DNA of 64,000 nt from Nitrosopumilaceae archaeon. Lineage in GTDB: Archaea > Thermoproteota > Nitrososphaeria > Nitrososphaerales > Nitrosopumilaceae. This document shows, in pieces, positions 7,412 through 17,191 of the stretch. Both the position numbers and the translations under genes were made by a program. The notes below the pieces were generated by a model. The model saw only the letters and a program-made list of their open reading frames with translations. It did not search any database and was not told the DNA's origin. The stretch is taken from the NCBI GenBank assembly GCA_030041535.1, contig JASHNR010000012.1:2174-66173 (forward strand), given 5' to 3'. Positions within the stretch are counted from its first letter, which is position 1; each line of letters begins with the position of its first letter.

Positions 7412-8887
7412 CTAACGTTGACTTTTATTTTTTATCAATGACAATACCTTACTATTCAACACGTCAATAGCTTCTCTTACCTCATTAGTCCTTTTATTGG
7501 TGCCTGTAATGTAGGCTTGGACTTTGCGTTTCCTGTCAGCAATCATGCGTTGTTGTTCGTGTTTTCCTGCAGAGCCTTGTGATTTCCTAGTTTCAAGTGA
7601 AGATTCAGGTGTTGTGGATTGGATTATTTTATACAATTCCCTTTGGTCTATGTCATTATTTGAGATCACATTTTTTATCTCATTGGCAGAAAGGGCAGAG
7701 AGCGGTTTTTTTGAATTGGAAGCAATTTGGACCAGATGACCAACAATTTTGTGTGCAGTCCTGAAAGGAATTCCTTTTCTTACCAGAGCTTCTGCAATAT
7801 CAAGAGATATTGAATATCCGCCATCTATTGCTTGGCGTAATTTCTTTTCATTTACTTTCATAGTCTTAAGAAGGGAGTTTGCAACCAAGAGTGACGATAT
7901 TATTATTTTAGATGTTGGCCATATTGAGACCTTGATTTGTTGCAAGTCCCTATTGTATCCAGACGGCAATCCCTTGAGATTTGACAATACTGCCATCTGG
8001 TACCCAATTACCTGGGATGTCTTTCCACGAATCAATTCCAGTACGTCTGGGTTTTTCTTTTGTGGCATCACGCTAGAAGTTGAAGTAAATCTATCAGAGA
8101 GTTCAATGAAAGAAAACTCTGATGTAGACCAGATGATAAAGTCCTCTGCCATTCGGCTCAGGTTTGTCATCAATATTGCCGCGTTTCCAAGATATTCAGC
8201 AACAAAGTCACGGGAAGTTGTTGCGTCAATAGAGTTTTCTATCAAGCCCCTAAAGCCGAGCATCTTGGCAGTAGATTGCCTATCAATAGGAATACTAGTT
8301 CCACCTACAGGACCTGCCCCTAGTGGAGACTCGTTGACTCGTCCGTATGCCACGTAGAACCTATCAAGATCCCGAAAGAGTGCATCTGCATATGCAAGAA
8401 GAAAGTGTGAAAATAGACCTACTTGGGCCTGTTGTGTATGAGTGTACAATGGCATTATAACACGTTGGTTCTTTTCTGCCAGATCAATGAGGGTCTCTAT
8501 TGTTTGATTCAGACAAAAGCAAACCATATTGATATCATCGCGGATCTTCATTCGAATATCAAGTGCCACTTGATCATTTCTTGATCTTGCCGTATGCATC
8601 TTTCCTCCAGCTTCCTTTCCTGCTTTCTTTATAACAAGAGACTCTATGAGCTCGTGAATATCTTCGGCTTCAGATTTTTCTGAAATATCCTCTTTTTTTA
8701 ATTTCTCAAGTGCGCTTAGAATCTTGATTGCCTCTGCCTTGATGATAATTTTATTTTCTAAAAGCATCAGTGTGTGAGCTTGGCTTCCCAAAATATCATC
8801 CGACTTGATTACAAAGTCATCAGAGATTGATGAGAGAAATTCTAATGTGACATCGTCTAACTTTCCGTCTAATCTAGACCTGTACAT
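7412..8887 (-). CDS. argH: argininosuccinate lyase
   Basis: Fumarate-lyase signature TSSVMPQKKNPD and ARSRNDQVALD. ATG at 8887, with an in-frame TTG at 8890. Confidence 0.9.
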   Translation of the reverse strand: MYRSRLDGKLDDVTLEFLSSISDDFVIKSDDILGSQAHTLMLLENKIIIKAEAIKILSALEKLKKEDISEKSEAEDIHELIESLVIKKAGKEAGGKMHTARSRNDQVALDIRMKIRDDINMVCFCLNQTIETLIDLAEKNQRVIMPLYTHTQQAQVGLFSHFLLAYADALFRDLDRFYVAYGRVNESPLGAGPVGGTSIPIDRQSTAKMLGFRGLIENSIDATTSRDFVAEYLGNAAILMTNLSRMAEDFIIWSTSEFSFIELSDRFTSTSSVMPQKKNPDVLELIRGKTSQVIGYQMAVLSNLKGLPSGYNRDLQQIKVSIWPTSKIIISSLLVANSLLKTMKVNEKKLRQAIDGGYSISLDIAEALVRKGIPFRTAHKIVGHLVQIASNSKKPLSALSANEIKNVISNNDIDQRELYKIIQSTTPESSLETRKSQGSAGKHEQQRMIADRKRKVQAYITGTNKRTNEVREAIDVLNSKVLSLIKNKSQR

Positions 8888-8907
8888 CAATTTAGGAAAT
8901 AGAATGG

Positions 8908-10077
8908 TTATATATAGAGTTCTGGTGCTGTTTTGGCCGTGCCAAAATGCAACTCACTTGCATCGACTTTCAGGTTTTCTACTAGTGCAGATTTCTGTAC
9001 CATTGCTTCACTTGCAAGCGCGTCGGGGACGAACCGCATCCCTCTAGCTAAAATGTTTCTGGCTGCATTGACATCACGATCAATGTATAAACCACATCTG
9101 GGACAAGACACGATTCGTCTCTCTTCGAGGACCTTTGCCTCACATATTGAGCACTTTGAGCTCGTTCCCTTTGGGTTTACATAAATTACCGAAAATCCAT
9201 TTTGCCATTTTGACTTGTAGTCCACCATTTTATGCAGTTTGAACCTAGACCATGAATTAAGGAGGAATCTAAACCTTCTACCTTGTCCGTTTCCTTTTTT
9301 GTACAATTTTTTCATGCCGTTAAGGTTCTCCAAGATAATCTGCTTTCTTGATGACACTGCCTTGTTCGATTCTTCGTGCAAAAAGGCATCTTCTTTGTTC
9401 TTTTGTTTCTGACCATATTTTATTTTCAGTTTTTTCTGTATTCTGACATCATTCCTTGTAAAATGCGATAATATCTCTCTATATCTAATCTTCATTGCCA
9501 CAATCTTTGACATATCAATTACTGAAACTTTACCTGTGTCATCAACACATGTTGAATTCTTTAGATTTGTATCAATTCCAATGAATCCAGCAGATATTCT
9601 TTTTTCGACCTGTTTTGACAATGATATGGAGATTTTATTCTTGGTAAGCGTAATGTTGCCTAGCTTAAGACCCTTTTCTGATAGGACTTTTGCCACATAG
9701 TCATTGAGAGGTATGATCACAAATTCTCTTGGCCTTGTTGGTATTTTGATATGATTGTATGATATTTTATAAATATAAGAATCAATTATGAGGAAATTTT
9801 TAGAGACGTATGGTTTTTTTGCGCAAGGATTCGTTCTCAATGCCCTTCTATAGGATTTTAGCAGTGCATGTGACTTGAAAACGGCCATGCTGATATAGCT
9901 GGTATGGAATTCATTCTTGAATCTATGATACAACTCGTTTCTTAGTTTTATCTTTGATGTGATTTTTTTATCAATCCCTACTCTTATGGCCTCATTTACC
10001 ATATGTCTGAATTCATCCATTAGTGTTACAAATTCTGTACAACGGTGAGACTGGTTGACTGATTTTAACGCAATCAA
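8908..10077 (-). CDS. tnpB: TnpB / IS605 OrfB-family RNA-guided endonuclease-like protein
   Basis: 389 aa. RuvC-like D (GFIGIDTN), E (QIILENLNGM) and D (DRDVNAARNI), plus a zinc ribbon (CSICEAK...CPRCG). Confidence 0.85.
   Translation of the reverse strand: MIALKSVNQSHRCTEFVTLMDEFRHMVNEAIRVGIDKKITSKIKLRNELYHRFKNEFHTSYISMAVFKSHALLKSYRRALRTNPCAKKPYVSKNFLIIDSYIYKISYNHIKIPTRPREFVIIPLNDYVAKVLSEKGLKLGNITLTKNKISISLSKQVEKRISAGFIGIDTNLKNSTCVDDTGKVSVIDMSKIVAMKIRYREILSHFTRNDVRIQKKLKIKYGQKQKNKEDAFLHEESNKAVSSRKQIILENLNGMKKLYKKGNGQGRRFRFLLNSWSRFKLHKMVDYKSKWQNGFSVIYVNPKGTSSKCSICEAKVLEERRIVSCPRCGLYIDRDVNAARNILARGMRFVPDALASEAMVQKSALVENLKVDASELHFGTAKTAPELYI
8931..8947. repeat. perfect 7-bp stem / 3-nt loop hairpin inside the tnpB 3' end
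   Basis: ttttggc cgt gccaaaa. It could be part of the right-end or omega-RNA scaffold. Confidence 0.35.
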
Positions 10078-10128
10078 TGAGAAAAAAGTGTCGTATTTTC
10101 ATAATAAAAATTGAAGGTAATTTCATCA

Positions 10129-10169
10129 TCACCAATTGTATTTAGAAGCAAAAAGAAACCAACTGGTGA
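10129..10169. repeat. imperfect inverted repeat (9/10 bp, 21-nt loop) upstream of tnpB; candidate left-end hairpin
   Basis: tcaccaattg ... caactggtga, in the 124-bp gap between tnpB and the DUF59 gene. Confidence 0.35.
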
Positions 10170-10201
10170 GAATATATATAGCATAGACGCTTTTTTGATT
10201 T

Positions 10202-10522
10202 ATGGCGCAGGCATCTACAGATTTGAGAAGACAGATCTTCGATGAGTTGACAAAAGTAGTTGATCCAGAAATCAATGTCTCAATAATGGAGCTAGAATTG
10301 ATAGATAACATTGACATTGTAGGTCCAGATGTCAAAGTAGATTTGCACCTTACCAGTCCTTTCTGTCCTGCAATATTTGGATTTAAGATTGCCCAAGACG
10401 TTCATGATAACTTGTTGAAGATAGATGGGGTAAGCGATGTCAAAGTGAATGTCTCAAATCACTTTATGGCAGAGGCCATCAACAATCAGGTAAACTCTAG
10501 TAAAAACCCTAAAAAGCCTTAG
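10202..10522 (+). CDS. DUF59/MIP18-family Fe-S assembly protein (SufT/PaaD-like)
   Basis: LTKVVDPEINVSIMELELI ... LTSPFCP is the typical DUF59 pattern. Confidence 0.7.
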   Translation: MAQASTDLRRQIFDELTKVVDPEINVSIMELELIDNIDIVGPDVKVDLHLTSPFCPAIFGFKIAQDVHDNLLKIDGVSDVKVNVSNHFMAEAINNQVNSSKNPKKP

Positions 10523-10530
10523 AGAGAATT

Positions 10531-11313
10531 CTATGTTCTAAATCCTAACAGATATCCTCTGAGTAGTTGTATTGCCATTGCCGGGTCCACTCCCTTTGGA
10601 CATACGTTACTACACGAGCCGGCAAAATGACATCTCCATATTCCATGAGACTGATCAACTATTTTGAGCCTCTCCTTTTTTCCTTGATCTCTATTATCTA
10701 CAGTGTATCTGTAGGCTTGGGCAAGGCCTTGCGGTCCAACAAATGACTTGTCTGTTGCCATGGTAGGACAGGCAGAGTTGCATAAACCACATTTTATGCA
10801 ATATGAAAATTGCAAAAACTTTTCAAGATCTTGTGGAGTCTGGACAAATTCCTTGGTACCAGGCAATACCTCTGATTCCTCATTTACAATGAATGGTTTC
10901 ATCTTTTTATGGGTAGAGAAGAGCTGTTTGAAGTCAACTGCCAAATCTCTGATTATAGGAAAATTGTTCATTGGCTCTACTGTAACAACATTTGATTCAA
11001 GTTCAGAGATCTTGGTATAACAAGCAAGGCGAGGCTTGCCATTAATTTTCATCCCACATGAGCCACATGATGCTTGCCTACAAGAGTATCTAACAGCAAT
11101 TGAATGATCAAGGTTCTGTTTTACATATAGAATTGCCTCAAGTACAGTGGTCCATTTTTGTACTGGGATCTTGAACTCTTCAAACTTTGTTTCTGCATTC
11201 TCTGATGGGTTAAACCTAGATATTCGAAGTGTTATTGTCTTTGGCGTTGACTGTGTAGGAGCTGGAATAGTTGATTCTGCTTTTTTCTCCTGCGGAACTT
11301 CTACTGTTGCCAT
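10531..11313 (-). CDS. sdhB: succinate dehydrogenase iron-sulfur subunit
   Basis: Cys clusters CRQASCGSCGMKINGKPRLAC, CIKCGLCNSACP and CHFAGSCSNVCPKGVDP. Confidence 0.9.
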   Translation of the reverse strand: MATVEVPQEKKAESTIPAPTQSTPKTITLRISRFNPSENAETKFEEFKIPVQKWTTVLEAILYVKQNLDHSIAVRYSCRQASCGSCGMKINGKPRLACYTKISELESNVVTVEPMNNFPIIRDLAVDFKQLFSTHKKMKPFIVNEESEVLPGTKEFVQTPQDLEKFLQFSYCIKCGLCNSACPTMATDKSFVGPQGLAQAYRYTVDNRDQGKKERLKIVDQSHGIWRCHFAGSCSNVCPKGVDPAMAIQLLRGYLLGFRT

Positions 11314-11315
11314 CG

Positions 11316-11660
11316 TTACGAATGCCCCATTCCAGCCATCAATATAGTTCTTGAACCATAGGCTACTAAAGCAGCCATTGCCACAATCGAACCATAGTTA
11401 ATCGCTCTTTCATATGTAGCACCTTGTTTTAGCTCCAATAGAATAACCCGCAGTCCATTGAATCCATGTACAGATAACAAGACCAGTATAACTTCAAGCA
11501 TAAGCGCATATGGTAGAAAGTGATAATTTGCAATTACATTTTGATATTGTAACGAATCAGAGAATTTCTGTGACAGTCTCATGAGTATGTGTACAGCTAC
11601 TAATGCCACTGCTCCAAGCGCAGTTCCATAATGTATCTTCATGATTATGCTTTCTCGCAT
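11316..11660 (-). CDS. succinate dehydrogenase membrane subunit (SdhD-like)
   Basis: Three-TM small protein between sdhC-like and sdhB. The start is moved to the ATG at 11660, one nt after the upstream stop. Confidence 0.6.
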   Translation of the reverse strand: MRESIIMKIHYGTALGAVALVAVHILMRLSQKFSDSLQYQNVIANYHFLPYALMLEVILVLLSVHGFNGLRVILLELKQGATYERAINYGSIVAMAALVAYGSRTILMAGMGHS

Positions 11661-11661
11661 C

Positions 11662-12096
11662 TTAATCACCAAATAATACTCCAGCACCATACATCATTGC
11701 CAATGCTGCAAGTGCTATAGATACCCAAATGCAAAGCCTCTGCTTGGAGTTCAGCGAAGAAGCGCGATACGGATATTCAGGTTGTCCAGGCTTTCCTACG
11801 CCCTTTCCACCTTCGCTTATCATAAGTCGTATTCCATTTCCCGTATGAAAAACACACATTCCTATTACAAGTACAAGTACCATATGACCCCCTGGAGTCT
11901 CCGTTAGTGACAGCATATTGTTCCATGCTGCCTTTCCGTTAAGAATTGTACTTGTTTCGTAAATGTGGCCAATCAGATATGCAAGCAGGCCAAGCCCACT
12001 TAGTCTTTGCATCCAATATGCAACTCTGTGTAACCCATAACGAGTAGGATTTATCATTCCCTTGATGCCTTCGCGGTTGGAGAATTGTTCGGTCAT
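11662..12096 (-). CDS. succinate dehydrogenase cytochrome b-type membrane subunit (SdhC-like)
   Basis: 144-aa hydrophobic protein with conserved His residues. It overlaps the sdhA stop. Confidence 0.65.
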   Translation of the reverse strand: MTEQFSNREGIKGMINPTRYGLHRVAYWMQRLSGLGLLAYLIGHIYETSTILNGKAAWNNMLSLTETPGGHMVLVLVIGMCVFHTGNGIRLMISEGGKGVGKPGQPEYPYRASSLNSKQRLCIWVSIALAALAMMYGAGVLFGD

Positions 12097-13808
12097 CAGT
12101 ATTTTCTCTCCACTGGCTTGTATTTAGTAATAGTGACAGGATGAGTCTTGATAACTGGTTCTTTTGTGTCATAGTAAACTAGAGTATGAGCCAAAAAGTT
12201 CTTGTCGTCTCTGTCAGGATAATCGGTTCTTGCGTGAGCCCCTCTAGATTCTTTTCTCCAAATTGCACCCATCAAAATTACTTCAGATACACGAAACATG
12301 GAATCAAGTTCCATCACGTTTGTAAAGTTCGTATTGTACTCTTTAGCTTTGTCGTCTACATGTTTCCATGTTTTTTGCCTTAATTCTCTTACCAACTTGA
12401 GGCCATCAACAAGATCAGTTTCATTTCTAAAAACGTAAGACTTGTTATTCATTATCTCTGTTAGTTCCTGTTTAACCTCGTATGGATTTACACTGCCTGT
12501 ACCTCGAAATATTCCATCATAGATCCTTTTTTCCTCAGTAGCAACCAAATGCAATGGAAATGGTGTATAGGATGTTTCTTCTAAAATGTATTTAGCGGCA
12601 AGCTCGCCTGTAATTTTACCCCACACAAGACACTCGGCAGTAGAGTTTGCACCTAACCTGTTTGCTCCATGAACGCTATTACATGCAGCTTCACCTGCTG
12701 CCCATATACCTTGAATTTCAGTTGCCCCGTCTATGTTACTGTGAATACCGCCCATCATGTAATGACATACTGGCCTGACATCTACTGGCTCATTAGCCGG
12801 GTCAATTCCTGAGAATTTCAGTGATATCTCGCGTATTGCAGGAAGTTTTCTTATAATCAATTCCTTTCCCAGATGCCTCAAATCTAGTTTCAGACAATCC
12901 ACGCCAGTATCGTGTTTGAAGCCATGTCCTTGGTTGATTTCAGTAATCATGGCACGCGATACAACATCTCTTGATGCAAGCTCTAGTTTGCTTGGAGCAT
13001 ATTTTTTCATAAAACGCTCTCCCTTGTTGTTAAGAAGATACCCACCTTCCCCTCTGGCACCCTCAGTAATCAAAATTCCAGAAGGCAGTATGCCAGTAGG
13101 ATGGAATTGAACAAACTCCATATCCTTTAGCGCCATTCCAGCCCGGTAGGCCATATCCAGACCATCAGGAGTTGAAGCTAACGCATAAGTTGAAAAACTG
13201 TATACCCTTCCTGCTCCGCCGGTCGCAATAATCAATGCCTTTGCCTTGAATGTATAGAAAGTGCCACTTGACATCTCTATGGCAGTAATGCCACAAAACC
13301 TTTGGCCATCATGAACTATTGACGTAACAAACCATTCGTTATAGAACTCGATGTTATCAAATTTTTGGCATGTGTCATACAAAGTCTGCATTTCGTAAAA
13401 TCCTACTTTGTCTTGAGCATATGTTGCCCTTGGAAAGCTATATCCTCCAAAGTTTCTCTGGCCAATCCTCCCATCATCTCTCCTTGACCATGGCATTCCC
13501 CAATGTTCAAGTTGATAGACCTCAGATGGCATTTCATTGACAAGTCTCTCAATTACGTCTTGATCACCAAGAAAATCACTTCCTTTTACAGTATCATAAA
13601 CATGAGACTCTATTGTGTCACCATCTTCAGGATATAGAACTGCTGCAGTACCACCTTCAGCAGAAACAGAATGTGAACGCATAACTTGCAGTTTTGAGAT
13701 AACGGCAATTTTGATATGCGGAGCAATCTTTGCTGCCTGAATCGAGGCTCTCAGTCCAGCAAGACCAGAACCTACGATTAGAAGATCACTGTCAATACTG
13801 TTAACCAT
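12096..13808 (-). CDS. sdhA: succinate dehydrogenase flavoprotein subunit
   Basis: VGSGLAGLRASI dinucleotide fold and RSHSVSAEGG (FAD-attachment His region). 570 aa. Confidence 0.92.
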   Translation of the reverse strand: MVNSIDSDLLIVGSGLAGLRASIQAAKIAPHIKIAVISKLQVMRSHSVSAEGGTAAVLYPEDGDTIESHVYDTVKGSDFLGDQDVIERLVNEMPSEVYQLEHWGMPWSRRDDGRIGQRNFGGYSFPRATYAQDKVGFYEMQTLYDTCQKFDNIEFYNEWFVTSIVHDGQRFCGITAIEMSSGTFYTFKAKALIIATGGAGRVYSFSTYALASTPDGLDMAYRAGMALKDMEFVQFHPTGILPSGILITEGARGEGGYLLNNKGERFMKKYAPSKLELASRDVVSRAMITEINQGHGFKHDTGVDCLKLDLRHLGKELIIRKLPAIREISLKFSGIDPANEPVDVRPVCHYMMGGIHSNIDGATEIQGIWAAGEAACNSVHGANRLGANSTAECLVWGKITGELAAKYILEETSYTPFPLHLVATEEKRIYDGIFRGTGSVNPYEVKQELTEIMNNKSYVFRNETDLVDGLKLVRELRQKTWKHVDDKAKEYNTNFTNVMELDSMFRVSEVILMGAIWRKESRGAHARTDYPDRDDKNFLAHTLVYYDTKEPVIKTHPVTITKYKPVERKY

Positions 13809-13877
13809 GATTCGACATCTTCCTTTTCACACTTCATAAATATGTCTTGTGAAGGACGATGTGAGAATCGTTAATAT

Positions 13878-13893
13878 ATATCGCTAGCGATAT
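13878..13893. promoter_or_regulatory. perfect 16-bp palindrome in the sdhA/padR divergent promoter; candidate PadR operator
   Basis: atatcgctagcgatat overlaps an AT-rich TATA-like stretch (ttaatatata), 6 nt before the padR-like start. Confidence 0.45.
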
Positions 13894-13898
13894 CACTA

Positions 13899-14411
13899 GT
13901 GATGATTTCAGATTGGTTTCAAAGAGTAGGAAGTTCAATCCCCAGAGGATTTTCAAGATACTTTATTTTAGAGGCACTAAAGAAGAAACCAAGTACTGGA
14001 AAGGAGATAATAGATGTGGCCACTGCCCAAAGTGGAGGAAAGTGGAAGCCCTCTCCTGGACTGATTTATCCTCTACTGGGAAGACTGCTAGACGAAGGGC
14101 TGGTAGAGGAAACAAAAGACGGTAAATATCAGATAACCAAGAAAGGAAGAATAGTTTCAGAAGACCTTGAGGCTTTGGATAAGATAGTCAAGAACCAACT
14201 TGATGTAATTTTTAGGATAGGGGATGTTGGCAAATTTGTAGCCATGGATCTGATAGAACGAATCAATACAATTGGGAACTCGCTTAGTTCAAACGTTTCA
14301 TACATGACCAAGGATGAGACCCAACGATACAGGAAATTCCTAGAATCTGAGCTGCGAAAGATGGAATCTGCTGAAAAAAAGTATCAGGGCAAGGAAATTA
14401 GGATCAATTAA
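13899..14411 (+). CDS. PadR-family transcriptional regulator
   Basis: ILEALKKKPSTGKEIID...WKPSPGLIYPLLGRLLDEGLVEE is the typical PadR winged helix. Confidence 0.75.
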   Translation: MMISDWFQRVGSSIPRGFSRYFILEALKKKPSTGKEIIDVATAQSGGKWKPSPGLIYPLLGRLLDEGLVEETKDGKYQITKKGRIVSEDLEALDKIVKNQLDVIFRIGDVGKFVAMDLIERINTIGNSLSSNVSYMTKDETQRYRKFLESELRKMESAEKKYQGKEIRIN

Positions 14412-14444
14412 GCAATAAATAATTGTAAAACATTATAGCGACAG

Positions 14445-15308
14445 TTGAAAAGCATTAAAAAATTAGTATATGACAAGTCAAAGCCTCTTGTTTTTCCCGG
14501 CGTTTATGATGCAATTACGGCCAGAATAGCCCAAAAAGCAGGGTTTGATGCCATGTTTCAAACTGGATATGGAACTTCAGCCGCGTTGCTTGGAATGCCC
14601 GATTATGGTTTTATTGGATCTACGGAAACCATTGAAAACGCAAGACGAATTTGCAAATCTGTTTTGGTTCCAGTAATAGTTGATGCCGATACAGGTTATG
14701 GAAACCCTTTGAGTGTATGGAAAGTTGTTAACGAATTAGAAGCAGTTGGAGCCGCCGGTATTTTCCTAGAAGATCAGAAATGGCCAAAGAGATGCGGGCA
14801 CATGTCAGGAAAGGAAGTAATTGCCAAGGAGGAATATAGTGAAAAACTCAGGGCTGCAGTAGATGCTAGAAAAAGTAATGACTTCATAATAGTAGCAAGG
14901 ACCGATGCTCGCGCAACCGAGGGCTTGGATGCTGCAATTGAGCGAGGCCTTTTGTACAAGGATATCGGAGCAGATGCCATATTTGTAGAAGCCCCCAGAT
15001 CAGTTGATGAGATGAGAAAGATAGGAAAATCGATAAAGGCACCATTGGTGGCAAACATGATAGAAGGAGGAGCTACACCGCTACTTTCTTCAAGCGAGAT
15101 ACACAAGATGGGGTTCAATCTCATTCTTTATCCACTATCCGTATTGTATGCCAATACATTTGCAACGATACAAATTCTAAAAGAGTTAAGAAAGAGTGGA
15201 ACTACTGCAAAGCTAAAAGACAGGCTTGTTGATTTTGATCAGTTCAATGAAATTGTAGAATTATCGAAATTCAAGAAGATGGAAGACAGGTACGAAACAA
15301 AGTCATAG
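14445..15308 (+). CDS. isocitrate lyase/PEP mutase superfamily enzyme (methylisocitrate lyase / carboxyPEP mutase-like)
   Basis: VIVDADTGYGN and EDQKWPKRCGHMSGKEV signature. TTG start. Confidence 0.8.
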   Translation: MKSIKKLVYDKSKPLVFPGVYDAITARIAQKAGFDAMFQTGYGTSAALLGMPDYGFIGSTETIENARRICKSVLVPVIVDADTGYGNPLSVWKVVNELEAVGAAGIFLEDQKWPKRCGHMSGKEVIAKEEYSEKLRAAVDARKSNDFIIVARTDARATEGLDAAIERGLLYKDIGADAIFVEAPRSVDEMRKIGKSIKAPLVANMIEGGATPLLSSSEIHKMGFNLILYPLSVLYANTFATIQILKELRKSGTTAKLKDRLVDFDQFNEIVELSKFKKMEDRYETKS

Positions 15309-15344
15309 AAAATAACAAAAAAGAAAGAGTTCCGTCAAGGTTTC

Positions 15345-15626
15345 CTAAGAGTTTCTCTTTACTTCTATGTCTATTGTAGAGACATTCCTAGAGCGTCCAT
15401 CTTGTGATTGAAGTTGTTCTGATCCAATCTTGATGTTTCCTATTGAGTAACCAACATTTTCTGTCTTTCGTGCAATTATTTGTGCTACGTCAACTGCACG
15501 ACCAATGCTTAGCCCTCTTGCCTTGATAGATATTCTTGGTTGATTTGCCAACTGTATGAGCGAAGAAGTAACGTACGCCATCAGTGGCTTCTTGCCGATG
15601 TAGATAGTTTCTCTAGATTCGGACAT
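15345..15626 (-). CDS. albA: Alba chromatin/RNA-binding protein
   Basis: 93 aa. IYIGKKPLMAYVTSSLIQL...ISIKARGLSIGRAVDVAQII. Confidence 0.85.
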   Translation of the reverse strand: MSESRETIYIGKKPLMAYVTSSLIQLANQPRISIKARGLSIGRAVDVAQIIARKTENVGYSIGNIKIGSEQLQSQDGRSRNVSTIDIEVKRNS

Positions 15627-15679
15627 GTGTTCCCTATCTCTTGGGATAATTTAAATCTAAGAATGCAAGAATTGCAACA

Positions 15680-16087
15680 ATGAAGTTTCTCCTCGTATTA
15701 CTTTTTGTTCTTGCAATAATTGGAATTAATTCGGCATATGGATATGGCGAAGTTTCCGTATCTAATTTCAAGGTAGTTAATTCTCTTGGAGAAGAGATCA
15801 ATTCTCCGGTAGTAGACCAACAACTTAACTTACAAACATCGCTGCAAAATGTGAGTCAAAACGAGGTAGACTGGGCGTACGTTGTTCAGGTAATAGATTC
15901 AAGCGGAGCTATATCAGATCTAAATTATGCTACAGGTTCACTTGTTGCCAATCAAACTCTTACTGCAGCTCTTTCTTGGACTCCACATACAAGCGGAACA
16001 TACGAAATTCAGATACTGGTTTGGGATAATTTGCGCGATATAGATCCGCTTGCACCTGTGTCAACATTTAACATGACCGTAACTTAA
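15680..16087 (+). CDS. secreted beta-rich protein (domain related to the repeats in the large surface protein at 61511..)
   Basis: N-terminal signal peptide MKFLLVLLFVLAIIGINSAYG. The body resembles the two internal domains of the 815+ aa protein. Confidence 0.55.
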   Translation: MKFLLVLLFVLAIIGINSAYGYGEVSVSNFKVVNSLGEEINSPVVDQQLNLQTSLQNVSQNEVDWAYVVQVIDSSGAISDLNYATGSLVANQTLTAALSWTPHTSGTYEIQILVWDNLRDIDPLAPVSTFNMTVT

Positions 16088-16098
16088 TTTTTAAAAAG

Positions 16099-16172
16099 TG
16101 GACCGGGTGGGATTTGAACCCACGATCTCACCCATGCCAAGGGCGTATCCTACTAGGCTAGACGACCGGCCC
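16099..16172 (-). tRNA. tRNA-Ala (anticodon GGC)
   Basis: Hand-folded cloverleaf: acceptor GGGCCGG/CCGGTCC with G3:U70, anticodon loop TTGGCAT, T-arm GTGGG-TTCAAAT-CCCAC. Confidence 0.85.
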
Positions 16173-16304
16173 GATTTTAATCAGAGTAGGAATCTGATTT
16201 GCATTAACTTTTTTTGTGAGGTTATTAACGTTTAGCGTGATTTGGAAAATTAGCTTGACCAAAATAGCATAAGATATTTAACTATCAAGAATGGAATTCT
16301 TCGC

Positions 16305-17144
16305 GTGGTAGTAGAAAATAAAGCAATAATTTCCTATATTCAAATTCAAAAAGAAGATTTAGCAGTTTTCAGATTTAAACCAAAAGAAGGAGAACTGCCC
16401 CAATACAAGTCAGGCCAATTTTTAACTCTAGGTGCCCATATACAATCAGAGAATAAGGTAATCAGAAGAGCTTACTCGATTGCCTCAAATCCAGAAAACA
16501 GAAAGTACATCGAACTATACATAAGATGGGTCAGAAAGCCTCTTCCTGGTCGCCTTACAACAGTTTTGTTTAGCGCAAAAGAAGGAGACGAAATTACTTG
16601 GATAAAGCCTACCGGGGCCTTTACCATTGAAGAAAAGAAACCCAACGGAGACCCAGACGACAGAAGAATTGTTTGTTTGGGGGGCGGTACAGGTTTAGCC
16701 CCGTTTGTCAGTTATGCACGTCATCTTCATGATACTGGAAGCAATAGAGAGATAGTTGTTTTGCATGGGGCAAGCTATGTAGATGAGCTTGGCTACAGAG
16801 AGGAACTGACTAAACTTGAAGAAGAAAGTCTAGACCGAGGCAAAGACAAGTTCAACTTTAGTTATAGATCAGCCATCAGCCGACCCGATGAATGGTTCAA
16901 CAGAACTTGGAATGGGCAAAAAGGAAGAGTAGAGACTTTCTTGCAGTCAAAAAATGGAGAGATGTCTCCACTTGAGAAACTGGTTGGAGAGAAAATTACC
17001 AAGGATAATACCGTATTTTTCATTTGTGGTTGGCAGGGAACCATAGATGGATGTCTTGATGTGTTGACTCCAAAAGGATTTGTAACTGAGAGAAACAAGA
17101 GACCCGACAAAAGCTTTGAGATAAAATACGAGTCCTACGGATAG
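16305..17144 (+). CDS. ferredoxin-NADP+ reductase-family flavoprotein
   Basis: RAYSIAS (FAD-binding RxYS) and GGGTGLAPF (NAD(P) binding). GTG start. Confidence 0.8.
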   Translation: MVVENKAIISYIQIQKEDLAVFRFKPKEGELPQYKSGQFLTLGAHIQSENKVIRRAYSIASNPENRKYIELYIRWVRKPLPGRLTTVLFSAKEGDEITWIKPTGAFTIEEKKPNGDPDDRRIVCLGGGTGLAPFVSYARHLHDTGSNREIVVLHGASYVDELGYREELTKLEEESLDRGKDKFNFSYRSAISRPDEWFNRTWNGQKGRVETFLQSKNGEMSPLEKLVGEKITKDNTVFFICGWQGTIDGCLDVLTPKGFVTERNKRPDKSFEIKYESYG

Positions 17145-17191
17145 TCAAATTAATTTGAAAAGATAATATTCTATCATTCTGGCCAGACTAC

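Larger units (their letters stand above)
8891..10169 (-). mobile_element. TnpB-only IS200/IS605-family (IS1341-like) element; ends not defined
   Basis: An intact tnpB ORF with no tnpA. There is an imperfect 10-bp inverted repeat upstream (10129-10169) and a 7-bp hairpin in the 3' end of the ORF (8931-8947). Confidence 0.5.
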
